This document shows positions 7,968-17,600 of a stretch of 64,000 nt of DNA, one piece after another. The position numbers and the translations under genes were made by a program. The stretch lies in the NCBI GenBank assembly GCA_964629815.1, contig CAZVTA010000001.1, forward strand, positions 10,100 to 74,099, read 5' to 3'. How positions within the stretch are numbered: the stretch's first letter is position 1; the number at the start of each line of letters is the position of its first letter. The DNA comes from an uncultured Candidatus Saccharibacteria bacterium. Lineage in GTDB: Bacteria > Patescibacteriota > Saccharimonadia > Saccharimonadales > AWTP1-31. The notes under the pieces are model-generated. The model made no database searches and was not told where the DNA came from. It saw only the letters and a program-made list of their open reading frames with translations.

Positions 7968-10712
7968 ATGGGGCAGACTACGATCCTAGAGCGTAGGAGG
8001 CTGTTTACTCAGCCAAAAACTAAGGGATATGACGCGCTAAATTGGGTAAAGCGCGATTCAATTATTACTAATCCAATGACTGGAAAGGCTGTATTCGAGC
8101 AGCGAGACGTAGAGTTTCCAGAGGGTTGGTCGCTCAATGCAATTAATATTGTTGCCCAAAAATACTTTACCGGTACACCGGGATCTGATGATCGCGAATC
8201 CTCACTTCGTCATCTCATCGATCGTGTTGTAGATACGATAACTAAGCAAGGTCTTCAAGAGAGTTATTTCGAGTCAAAAGAAGAGGCCGAAGACTTTAAA
8301 GAGGAACTAAAGTACGTACTTGCAACGCAACGCGCTGCGTTTAACTCGCCAGTATGGTTTAATATTGGCGCTCCTTCACGTTCTCAACAGGCAAGTGCAT
8401 GTTTTATTCTTGCGGTAGAAGATACTATGCCCTCGATCCTTAATTGGTATAAAGAAGAGGGCATGATCTTTAAGGGTGGCTCTGGAGCGGGGCTCAACTT
8501 GAGTTCAATTCGTTCATCGAAAGAGCGTCTTGGCAAAAGTGCCGGCACAGCATCTGGCCCTCTAAGCTTTATGCGTGGAGCGGATGCATCGGCAGGTGCA
8601 ATCAAGAGTGGAGGAAAAACACGGCGAGCCGCTAAAATGGTTATTTTGAATGCCGATCACCCAGATATCGAAGAATTCATCTGGTGTAAAGCAATCGAAG
8701 AGCGTAAAGCGCGCGTTCTGCAGCAAAACGGTTTTGACATGAACCTTGACGGCAGGGATTCGTTCTCTGTACAGTACCAAAATGCTAATAACTCGGTACG
8801 TGTAACCGATGAATTTATGCAGGCTGTTGCCGACGACAAAGATTGGGACTTGAAGGCTGTTACCAATGGCGATACGGTTAAGACTGTTCGTGCGCGTGAT
8901 TTGTATCGACAAATCGCTGAGGCAGCATGGGAGTGTGCAGATCCCGGTATGCAGTTCGACACAACCATCAACAAGTGGCACACTACGCCAAATGCAGGAC
9001 GTATCAACGGAAGCAACCCGTGTAGTGAGTATATGCATCTGGACAACTCGGCATGTAACCTGGCGTCAATCAATCTACTAAAATATCTTAACGACGATGC
9101 TTCATTCGATGTTGAAGCCTTTAAACACACTGTTGAGTTGATCTTTACGGCTCAAGAGATTCTTGTCGGCTACTCTGAATATCCAACTGAAAATATCACC
9201 AAAAACGCTAAAGCATATCGTGAGCTAGGCATTGGTTATGCAAACCTTGGCGCGTTATTAATGGCGCAAGGCTTGCCATACGATTCTGACGAAGGACGAG
9301 CTCAGGCAGCAGCAATCACGGCTTTAATGACAGGTCATGCATATGCAACGAGCGCAAAGATCGCACACCGCGTTGGTCCATTCGCGGGCTTTCATAAAGA
9401 CCAAGACAATATGATAAAAGTATTGCGTATGCACCGAGAAGCTGTCTCTCAGATAGATGCTAGTTTAGTCTCGGAAGAGTTGCTCAGTGCGGCTGCAGCT
9501 GCCTGGGATGATGCAGTAGAGCTAGGGCAACTTTATGGTGTCCGCAACGCTCAGGCCAGTGTTTTGGCGCCGACAGGAACAATTGGTCTTATGATGGACT
9601 GTGATACTACCGGTATTGAGCCAGACCTCGGTCTTGTTAAAGTTAAGAAGTTGGTCGGTGGTGGTACGATGAGCATTGTGAATCAAACAGTGCCTCGTGC
9701 GCTTAAGGCGCTTGGCTATTCCCAAAGTCAGATTGATGACATTGTTACTCATATCGATGTCGAAAAGAAGATAACTGGCGCACCGCACCTCAAGAAAGAG
9801 CACGAAGCAGTATTTGCGTGTTCTATGGGCGATAACCCAATTCACTATCTTGGACACGTTAAGATGATGTCCGCAGTCCAGCCGTTCATATCGGGGGCTA
9901 TCAGCAAGACTGTTAACATGCCAGAAGACGTAACAGTTGAAGATGTTGAACAGCTACATATGGATGCATGGAGGCTTGGTCTTAAGGCGGTTGCTATCTA
10001 TCGTGACAACTGTAAAGTTGGGCAGCCACTCAGCATGGCTAAGAAGGACGGCGAAGAAGCAAAACAGCAAGTGAGTGATGTTACGGACAAGATTATCTTG
10101 AAGGGTGCTGTGCGCCGTGAACTACCAAAGGTGCGCAACTCTAAGACGTTTTCATTCAAAGTTGCGGATAGTCATGGCTTTATGACGGTCGGTGAGTATG
10201 ACGACGGCAATCCAGGCGAAGTGTTTGTAAACATATCTAAGCAAGGCTCAACTCTGCGTGGTATCATGGATGCTTTTGCTATAAGCATTAGTCATGGTCT
10301 TCAGTTTGGCGTGCCGCTCAAAGACTACGTTAAGTCGTTTATGAGTATGTCGTTTGCGCCAGCAGGCATAACCGATGACCCAGAGATTCGCACGGCATCA
10401 TCTATCATTGACTATATTGCACGCCGTTTGGCGATGACGTATCTAAGCTTTGATGACAGGCTTGAACTCGGTCTTGCGTCAGTCGATGATATGCCCGATA
10501 CCCAGACAAACTTGCTCGATACAGTTGCTCCCGAACCAAAAGTACAGGAAGTAAAAGTCGAGCAAGAACAAAAGGTGGCTCCGGTAGCAACACAACAGAA
10601 GACGGCCGCTGACGATACGGCACCGCTCTGTTACAACTGCGGTAACCAGACACAGCGAGCGGGCAGCTGTTATGTGTGTACTGCATGTGGTAGCACAACT
10701 GGCTGTAGCTAG
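7968..10712 (+). CDS. nrdJ: Class II (adenosylcobalamin-dependent) ribonucleoside-triphosphate/diphosphate reductase
   Basis: 914-aa ORF with an RNR 10-stranded barrel motif series (NPCSEY, ACNLASINL, APTGTIG..GIEP). C-terminal Cys-rich tail CYNCGNQTQRAGSCYVCTACGSTTGCS. No separate beta subunit is adjacent. Confidence 0.92.
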   Translation: MGQTTILERRRLFTQPKTKGYDALNWVKRDSIITNPMTGKAVFEQRDVEFPEGWSLNAINIVAQKYFTGTPGSDDRESSLRHLIDRVVDTITKQGLQESYFESKEEAEDFKEELKYVLATQRAAFNSPVWFNIGAPSRSQQASACFILAVEDTMPSILNWYKEEGMIFKGGSGAGLNLSSIRSSKERLGKSAGTASGPLSFMRGADASAGAIKSGGKTRRAAKMVILNADHPDIEEFIWCKAIEERKARVLQQNGFDMNLDGRDSFSVQYQNANNSVRVTDEFMQAVADDKDWDLKAVTNGDTVKTVRARDLYRQIAEAAWECADPGMQFDTTINKWHTTPNAGRINGSNPCSEYMHLDNSACNLASINLLKYLNDDASFDVEAFKHTVELIFTAQEILVGYSEYPTENITKNAKAYRELGIGYANLGALLMAQGLPYDSDEGRAQAAAITALMTGHAYATSAKIAHRVGPFAGFHKDQDNMIKVLRMHREAVSQIDASLVSEELLSAAAAAWDDAVELGQLYGVRNAQASVLAPTGTIGLMMDCDTTGIEPDLGLVKVKKLVGGGTMSIVNQTVPRALKALGYSQSQIDDIVTHIDVEKKITGAPHLKKEHEAVFACSMGDNPIHYLGHVKMMSAVQPFISGAISKTVNMPEDVTVEDVEQLHMDAWRLGLKAVAIYRDNCKVGQPLSMAKKDGEEAKQQVSDVTDKIILKGAVRRELPKVRNSKTFSFKVADSHGFMTVGEYDDGNPGEVFVNISKQGSTLRGIMDAFAISISHGLQFGVPLKDYVKSFMSMSFAPAGITDDPEIRTASSIIDYIARRLAMTYLSFDDRLELGLASVDDMPDTQTNLLDTVAPEPKVQEVKVEQEQKVAPVATQQKTAADDTAPLCYNCGNQTQRAGSCYVCTACGSTTGCS

Positions 10713-10735
10713 GTAAGGACGCAAAAAGCAGTAAA

Positions 10736-10770
10736 CAGGGCGGGGCTATATGTCTCGCCCTGAGGCGTTT
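10736..10770 (+). terminator. Possible weak terminator after nrdJ
   Basis: Hairpin CAGGGCG(10736-10742)/CGCCCTG(10756-10762) with a 13-nt loop. The short TTTT (10767-10770) comes after a 4-nt gap, so this is not canonical. Confidence 0.3.
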
Positions 10771-10790
10771 TAGCTGATACACTAGATTGC

Positions 10791-11057
10791 ATGAAAGTGA
10801 TTATGCTGTATCGCCCAAATTCTGAGCATGCGCGAAGCGCAGAAGCCTTTGTACGCGATTTTCAACACCAAACCGATAAACGTATCGAACTGGTCAATAT
10901 AGATTCACGAGAAGGCGTACAAATGGCTGATTTGTATGGAATTGTGCAACACCCAGCGATTATTGCGGTTGATAACGATGGCCATATGCAGCAAATGTGG
11001 CAGGGTGCGGTGTTGCCACTCATGAATGAGGTTGCGTATTATGCGGTAGAGCCTTGA
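10791..11057 (+). CDS. Thioredoxin/glutaredoxin-fold-like small protein lacking any cysteine
   Basis: 88-aa ORF. Its beta-alpha-beta pattern (VIMLYRPNSEHARSAEAFV...) and the ...YGIVQHPAIIAVDNDG... segment (cis-Pro-like) resemble a Trx fold, but the CxxC position reads RPNSEH and the protein has no Cys. Confidence 0.45.
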   Translation: MKVIMLYRPNSEHARSAEAFVRDFQHQTDKRIELVNIDSREGVQMADLYGIVQHPAIIAVDNDGHMQQMWQGAVLPLMNEVAYYAVEP

Positions 11058-11095
11058 GCTAATCACTCAGAAAGTGTATAATTTACAGCAGAAAT

Positions 11096-11290
11096 GCGTC
11101 TAGGTAAAACTAGTAAGTGGCTATCAACCACAAAAGCAGTCGGAAGAACGGCGACAAACGCCTAGTAGAACCGAACGGGCAGCCCGTAACAGCAATAAGT
11201 AAGCGCTAAAAGAGTCGTCTCTTTTGGAAGCCAGATGGTACCGTCCGGTCATTCGGATTCTGGCAGCCAAAAGCGGCGATTTTTGTTTTA
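11096..11290 (+). promoter_or_regulatory. T-box riboswitch leader of ileS (putative Ile specifier)
   Basis: T-box sequence AGAUGGUACCGUCC at 11233-11246. Antiterminator-like fold has outer helix GCCAGA(11230-35)/UCUGGC(11259-64), a 7-nt bulge UGGUACC (11236-42) and inner helix GUCCGG/UCGGAU with loop UCAU. Stem III-like hairpin at 11206-11227. Hairpin GUGG-CUAUCAA-CCAC (11117-11131) presents AUC (Ile) followed by A. U-run at 11280-11289 precedes SD GGAG 11293-96. Confidence 0.65.
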
Positions 11291-11301
11291 ATGGAGATAG
11301 T

Positions 11302-14142
11302 ATGAAATTTAAATCAGGCACACGAAGACGAGCGCTCAAATACGAAAAAGATCTTGTTCGACAATGGAAACAGAACAAGACGTTTGAAAAATCTATCGAG
11401 AATCGATCAAAAGAAAATAGCTATGTATTTTATGACGGGCCTCCGTTTATTAGTGGGGTACCACACCATGGCACGCTGCTGAGCTCAATCGTAAAGGACG
11501 CGGTTCCGCGCTACCAAACCATGAAAGGTAAGCGGGTTGAGCGCGTCTGGGGATGGGACTGCCATGGTTTGCCGGCAGAACGCTACACAGAAAAAAAACT
11601 TGGCATTCATTCTCGACAGGAAGTTATCGAGTACGGAATCGAAAAATACATCACCGCTACACGTGAAAACATGATCCAAACCAGTAGCGAATGGGAAGAT
11701 GTAGTGGACCGCATCGGCCGTTGGGTCGACTTTACGGGTGCCTATAAAACCATGGATAAAGATTACATGGAGAGCGTTTGGTGGGCGTTTAAAGAGCTGT
11801 ACGACAAGGGCAAGATTTATGAAGGCGAAAAGGTGCTCATGTACTGTACGCTCGACGGAACGCCGCTTTCCAAGGCGGAAGTTACCATGGATGCCGGTGC
11901 CTACCAAGATGTAACCGACCCAAGTGTATTTGTTAAATTTAGGCTCAAAAACGAAGATGCATATCTATTGGCTTGGACAACAACACCATGGACTTTACCG
12001 GCAAACACTGCATTAGCAGTTAATCAAAAGTTCACATATGTAGAAGTTGAGCATGGGGGCGAAAAACTCATCATCTCAGAAGCATTGGTCGATAAAGTTC
12101 TAACCGATGAAAAACATCAGCAATTAGACTATAGAATTATACGCAAGTTAACAGGTAAGGATCTGGTTGGAAAAGAGTATGAGCCGCTTTTTGTGCATCG
12201 CGGCGAGGGTGCCCACAAGATTTGGCATGCTGATTATGTGAGCGACGAAGATGGATCTGGCATTGTTCACTTGGCGCCGGCATATGGTGAAGAAGACTTT
12301 GCCTTGGCGCAAGAAAAAAATATCCCAGTTGTTCACGTTATTGACCAGAATGGTTTCTATACCGAGGGCGACTGGAAGGGGCAGAATGTATGGGAGGCTA
12401 ATAAGCCAATAGCCAAAGAGCTAAAAGAGCGCGGCATAGTCTGGAAAATTGACTACATTCGCCATAGCTACCCGCATTGTCATCGTTGTAATACGCGACT
12501 GATGTATCGGGCGCACCCCAGCTGGTTCATGGACATAGATGGTCAACGCCAGCAAATGCTGGAGAAGAACCAGCCAATCAACTGGTTTCCGCCGCACGTA
12601 AAGAATGGTCGATTTGCAAAAACGGTCGAGCAAGCGCCAGACTGGAATATTTCAAGAGATCGCTTCTGGGCGACTGCTATGCCTGTTTGGAAGAGTAAGA
12701 ATGGTAATACCAAGGTGGTGGGTAGTTATGAAGAGCTAAAGCAGTTAAGTGGCGTAGAGCTTAACGATTACCATCGTCCGTGGATTGACGACGTAAAGTT
12801 TACGATTGATGGCGAAGAATATACGCGCATCGATAAAGTAATGGATAGCTGGTTCGAAGCAGGTAGTATGCCGTTTGCTCAATTCCATTACCCATTCGAG
12901 AACAAACAGAAGTTCGAAGAGAATTTCCCCGGTGACTTTATTGTCGAATATATTGGCCAGGTGAGGGCTTGGTTTTACTATATGCACGCCATGAGTGTTG
13001 CGCTGTTCGGCGAGAATTCATTCAAAAACGTCATTGTAACTGGTAACGTTGCCGGAAACGATGGGCGTAAAATGAGTAAAAGCTACGGTAACTATACCGA
13101 CCCCAACGAACTGATGGACCAATATTCGGCAGATTCTCTGCGCTTTTTGCTATTACAGAGTCCACTGCTGAATGGAGAGGATTTTGCGCTACAAGATAAA
13201 GAAGTTGGTGACGTTGCCAGAAAGCTTAGTATGGTCTGGAATATGTACGATTTCTTTACGATGTATGCAGAGGTTGATGGCTGGGAGTGGAATGGTGATC
13301 ATAGTGATCCTGCTGATTCGACTAACAATATGCTCGATACTTGGATAATCAGCCGTGTACATCAACTGACAGAAGAAGTTGAGCGGCATATGGATGCATA
13401 CGATATTCCTAACGCCTTAAAGCCTATTCTGCCGTTTATTGACGATGCATCCAACTGGTATGTTCGACGTAGTCGACGGCGTTTTTGGAAGAGCGGAGAC
13501 GATGCCGATAAGAATAGTGCATATCGAACACTGCATTATGTGCTTGTGCAGCTCAGTATGGTAATGGCGCCATTCACACCATTTCTAGCAGAAGAGCTGT
13601 ATCAAAAGCTCACCGGAGGTGAATCGGTTCATCTGCAAGATTGGCCAAAAACAGGAACAATCAACGAACAGCTTGTTACTGAGATGCAACAGGTGCGCGA
13701 ATACATTACCGAAGGGTTAGCGCAACGGGCAAAAGCAGCAATTAAAGTGCGTCAGCCGCTCAAATCGGTCACAGTGCCGCAACTGCCAGACGTATATAAA
13801 GAAGTTATTGCCGAAGAGCTGAACGTAAAAAGTGTGAACTGGGGTAAGGATGTTGAGTTAGACACTCAAATAACCACAGAGCTTAAGCACGAGGGCATGG
13901 CACGAGAGGTGATTCGTTTTGTTCAAAACGCCAGAAAGAATACAGGCTTGCAAGTAGACGATAGGATTCTGTTGCGGCTCGCAACCGTAGATCAAGATCT
14001 CCAGGAGGCTATCGAGGCTTTTGGCGACAATATTGCTGCCGAAACGCTGGCAAAAGAAGTAGCGGTTAAAGAAAGTCTTGATGAAGCCGAGGAGGCAAAG
14101 ATAGATGGCGCACCGCTTTCGATAAAAATTTCAAAGATCTAG
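11302..14142 (+). CDS. ileS: Isoleucyl-tRNA synthetase (type 2, eukaryote-like C-terminus)
   Basis: HIGH-type motif PHHGTL, KMSKS present (GRKMSKS), CP1 editing domain. ATG 11302 is preceded by GGAG. The 5' extension in the ORF track (11224) lies inside the T-box leader. Confidence 0.95.
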   Translation: MKFKSGTRRRALKYEKDLVRQWKQNKTFEKSIENRSKENSYVFYDGPPFISGVPHHGTLLSSIVKDAVPRYQTMKGKRVERVWGWDCHGLPAERYTEKKLGIHSRQEVIEYGIEKYITATRENMIQTSSEWEDVVDRIGRWVDFTGAYKTMDKDYMESVWWAFKELYDKGKIYEGEKVLMYCTLDGTPLSKAEVTMDAGAYQDVTDPSVFVKFRLKNEDAYLLAWTTTPWTLPANTALAVNQKFTYVEVEHGGEKLIISEALVDKVLTDEKHQQLDYRIIRKLTGKDLVGKEYEPLFVHRGEGAHKIWHADYVSDEDGSGIVHLAPAYGEEDFALAQEKNIPVVHVIDQNGFYTEGDWKGQNVWEANKPIAKELKERGIVWKIDYIRHSYPHCHRCNTRLMYRAHPSWFMDIDGQRQQMLEKNQPINWFPPHVKNGRFAKTVEQAPDWNISRDRFWATAMPVWKSKNGNTKVVGSYEELKQLSGVELNDYHRPWIDDVKFTIDGEEYTRIDKVMDSWFEAGSMPFAQFHYPFENKQKFEENFPGDFIVEYIGQVRAWFYYMHAMSVALFGENSFKNVIVTGNVAGNDGRKMSKSYGNYTDPNELMDQYSADSLRFLLLQSPLLNGEDFALQDKEVGDVARKLSMVWNMYDFFTMYAEVDGWEWNGDHSDPADSTNNMLDTWIISRVHQLTEEVERHMDAYDIPNALKPILPFIDDASNWYVRRSRRRFWKSGDDADKNSAYRTLHYVLVQLSMVMAPFTPFLAEELYQKLTGGESVHLQDWPKTGTINEQLVTEMQQVREYITEGLAQRAKAAIKVRQPLKSVTVPQLPDVYKEVIAEELNVKSVNWGKDVELDTQITTELKHEGMAREVIRFVQNARKNTGLQVDDRILLRLATVDQDLQEAIEAFGDNIAAETLAKEVAVKESLDEAEEAKIDGAPLSIKISKI

Positions 14143-14208
14143 GACTCTTTACACGAAAGGCCATATCTGTTACTATTTATTGGTAATTTTTAGATATTAA
14201 GGAAACAC

Positions 14209-14517
14209 ATGAAGAAAGCAGTCATTGCAACTGGCGGAAAACAATATGTTGTAACCGAAGGCGAAACGCTCGAGGTTGAGTTGCTGCAAGGCGACAAAAA
14301 GACTGTTGCGTTTGAGCCGCTACTCGTTATTGACGGTAAAGACATCAAAGTCGGTGCGCCTAAGGTTTCTGGTGTTACAGTAACCGCAAAGATAGCTGAA
14401 GAGCCAGTCCGCGCGGATAAGGTTACGGCTATTCGCTATAAAGCAAAGAAACGCGTGCGAAAAGTGCGTGGACATCGGCAGTCTCTAAGTCGGATCACTA
14501 TTGAAAAAATAGCGTAA
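14209..14517 (+). CDS. rplU: 50S ribosomal protein L21
   Basis: 102-aa ORF. MKKAVIATGGKQYVVTEGETLEVE...RKVRGHRQ is typical of bL21. SD AAGGA lies upstream. Confidence 0.95.
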   Translation: MKKAVIATGGKQYVVTEGETLEVELLQGDKKTVAFEPLLVIDGKDIKVGAPKVSGVTVTAKIAEEPVRADKVTAIRYKAKKRVRKVRGHRQSLSRITIEKIA

Positions 14518-14546
14518 TTCTTGGCACTTTTGCCTGTGTATAAAAA

Positions 14547-14570
14547 ACGACCCAGTCTGGGTCGTTTTTT
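14547..14570 (+). terminator. Rho-independent terminator after rplU
   Basis: ACGACCC(14547-53)/GGGTCGT(14559-65) hairpin preceded by AAAAA and followed by TTTTTT. Confidence 0.8.
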
Positions 14571-14591
14571 ATGGTATTGTTGAGTCAATTT

Positions 14592-14600
14592 TGCTACAAT
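14592..14600 (+). promoter_or_regulatory. Extended -10 promoter element (TGcTACAAT) upstream of the giant surface-protein gene
   Basis: TG at 14592-93 and TACAAT at 14595-14600. About 33-nt leader with SD GAGGG before GTG 14640. Confidence 0.35.
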
Positions 14601-14639
14601 AGTGCTTAAGTTTTACAGGGGAAAATACTGAGGGTACTT

Positions 14640-17600
14640 GTGGAAATAGGCCAAAAAAAGCATAAACGCGTTACTCGTGCTGTCAAACATGGAGTTGGCA
14701 AGGTGTATCCTCATGCGAAGAAAACAGTGCGTGTTGTATATAAGGGCGCGCGTGCCGGAACTAAAATTACCGTTCACTCGGCTAAAAGGGCTCGCTACCA
14801 TCTTGCGACCCGACCGCATGTGTATATGCAAGATAACTGGGCATGGTACGGAAAATGGCACTCTTGGCGCTGGCACAAGTTAGTTCATTTTAGTACGCTT
14901 GCACTCTATCTGGCCGTTATAACCGCGATGGTACTAAACGCTTCAAATCTTCCAAGTTCGGCCTTGAGCACGTGGTCGCAAACTAACTGGAGTGGCGGAA
15001 GTGGCACTAATACTTCTACGCAGTATGAGAGTCTTTCTAATATAGACGCCACAATTGCTAACCAGCTGACGCTGAGTAAAAGTAGCAACAGCTTCTCTAA
15101 TTCGACATTCGACAGTAACTTAACGGGCTGGAATGGGTATGGCAAGAGTTATGACACAACACAGAGCTATTCAGCGAGTGGCTCAGCTAAGATTATTGCA
15201 GGCGGAGTTTCTTCGGCTACCTTCTACAATCAAATAACAACAACTGGAGTTTCAAATCAAAACCAAATAGCTAGTGGAGATATTAATGGGGATGGCCTTG
15301 ATGATATTGCAATTTCAACATATGTAGCAGTTACAGGTACAGAAATACGTTGGTATCCTTCTAACGGAAATGGAACGTATGGCTCCGCCAATATTATTAA
15401 TACGCCCACCGGTGGAGCGTATAGTTTAGTTATCGGCGACTTTACCGGTGACGGCTGGAATGATCTTGTAGCTACGCAATCCTATGCGAGTGGCACAAAT
15501 AAACTGGCTTACTTTACCAATAATGGGTCTGGCTCATTATCTTCTCCTACTGAGGTTACTATTACCGGCGCCCCTACCGGTGGCACAAGAACGTGTTATA
15601 TAAAAAAGGGCTATATCGATAGTAATGCTTCACTTGATATGGTTGTAACATGTAACTCAGCTAACTTATTTATTTTTAATAATAACGGTTCTGGAACTTT
15701 CACGCAGAATAATTACGCAATGGGGTTTACATCAGGCAGCACGCCACCCCAACTAGCTATAGTAGATATCAATAATGATAGCCGGCCAGAGCTGGTATAC
15801 AACAACACAAATACCAATAGCTGCCTATTTTACGTCATGCCGAATAATGGGAGTACTTTTGATTCGCCGGTTAGCTACACCCTAAACCAGTGCGGAACAG
15901 GTTCTGTTGTAAAATATGCACTAGCTGGTGGGGACATAAATGGCGATGGCTATGGGGATGTTGCTATTGGTCGACGTACAGGCACGGGCGGTACAGCCAC
16001 CTCCGATACGTATTACCTAACTACACTACTGGGTACGTCTTCGACTACTTTGACCACACAAACTGATTATGCCGGTGCGACCGGCAGTGATGATGCGACA
16101 TCCGAAATAGTAATAACTGATGTTACAGGCGACGGATATGGCGACATCATGCAGGAGCTTCCCAGTAACAGTGTTATGGGTTACTACAAAAATAACGGCA
16201 ATGGGACACTAGCGGCAAAAGTCGATTACTCCACAGGGTCTGGTCCTAGCGGCATTGCAGCTACTGACTTCAATGGTGATGGTTACCTAGATTTCTCTGT
16301 TGTAAACAGTACGGGTGGAACAATCTCTACCTTTATTAATCGCACTCCAGGAGACGCGATTACTCAAACAGTGAACGTTGGAGATATAAGTACCTATCAG
16401 CTCGAAGTCTATGCGTATACCAGTGGAGCGGCAGTAACTAGTGCCGATGCAGTGTTGTGGTACAACGGTGCAGCAGTAAGTACGACCTTTACTGCAAGCG
16501 CAACGCCTGGTTGGTATAAGCTCACCGGAACATTAACTGGTGCCAACGCTAAGCGGAGTATTGGCGTGTTGGTAAAACAGGGTAAAACGGTTTATATTGA
16601 CAGCTTCACAGTGTATAAATATTCTTCTTCTGGGTATGTGAATTCGGCCATATTTGATCCCGGCTATGGTGGAGATTGGGGGAATTTAGCATATACTACT
16701 ACCAATAGTTCGGGGGTAACTGTAAAAGTAAGAACTTCAAATAGCTCTAGTATGTCGGGTGCTACGGCGTTTGGTTCTTGTAGCGCAATAACATCGGGTA
16801 GCGATATTTCAAGCAATGGCTGTGTTACCGATGGCGACAGATATATTCAGTATCAGGTAACGCTCACGCCAGTATCCGGAGATACGCCAGTATTTAGTTC
16901 ATTCTCTTTAGACTATGCTGCGTATGATGTATTGGCGCCGGACACAAATGCCTCAAGTATTATCATGAAGAAAGCGGCAGGTGGTGATGATGTTGCGTTA
17001 AATGATTGGACGAATGGTGCGAGTCCATATTTTAGCTGGACGGCTGGTGCAGATAATGCCGGTGGAGCGGGTTTGCTGGGGTATTGTGTGTACTTGGGTA
17101 CCGATAATACTGCCGACCCAGTTACAACTAAAGGACTACTTGGAACAACGCCAGTAAGTAATGCAGCCTGTCCGTTTATTGTTAATGACACTGAGCTTGA
17201 CCTTGGCACGGCTGGTTTGCTGGGCACGGCGCTTACAACATCCAATAGCGCCTATTACATCAGTATAAAAGCAGTTGATGTTGTTGGTAATGTGTATACG
17301 GGGTCGTCCGAGCAGTTCCATTTTCGCTTTGATAACACGGTGCCAAGTAATCCGGCCTATCTATCGGCGCCATCGCAGTTTTTGAACACAAAAACTGCGA
17401 CAGTAACATGGCCTGCAAGTGGCGATGGTGTAGCAGCGGACGCTAATTCTGGCCTGGCGGGTTTACAATATAAGATTAATTCTTCCGTATGGTATGGCGA
17501 CGACCATACAGGCGATGGCGATATAAATGACTTATTAGCCAATGACGGCGCGTATACTACTATTGACCCCACTGATTTCGATAACATCAACGACGGCGTC

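Noticed and set aside
8384-9130. Several 70-160-aa minus-strand ORFs inside nrdJ, with similar antisense ORFs inside priA, ileS, the giant gene, pyrG (52983-53522), ctp (51203-51820) and the ABC permease (35582-36049)
   Set aside because: These are shadow ORFs opposite strongly supported genes, with low-complexity Ser/Arg/Cys-rich translations.
11124-11378. 84-aa minus-strand ORF and the 5' extension of ileS (11224-11301)
   Set aside because: Both lie within the structured T-box leader. ileS homology starts only after ATG 11302, which has a GGAG SD.
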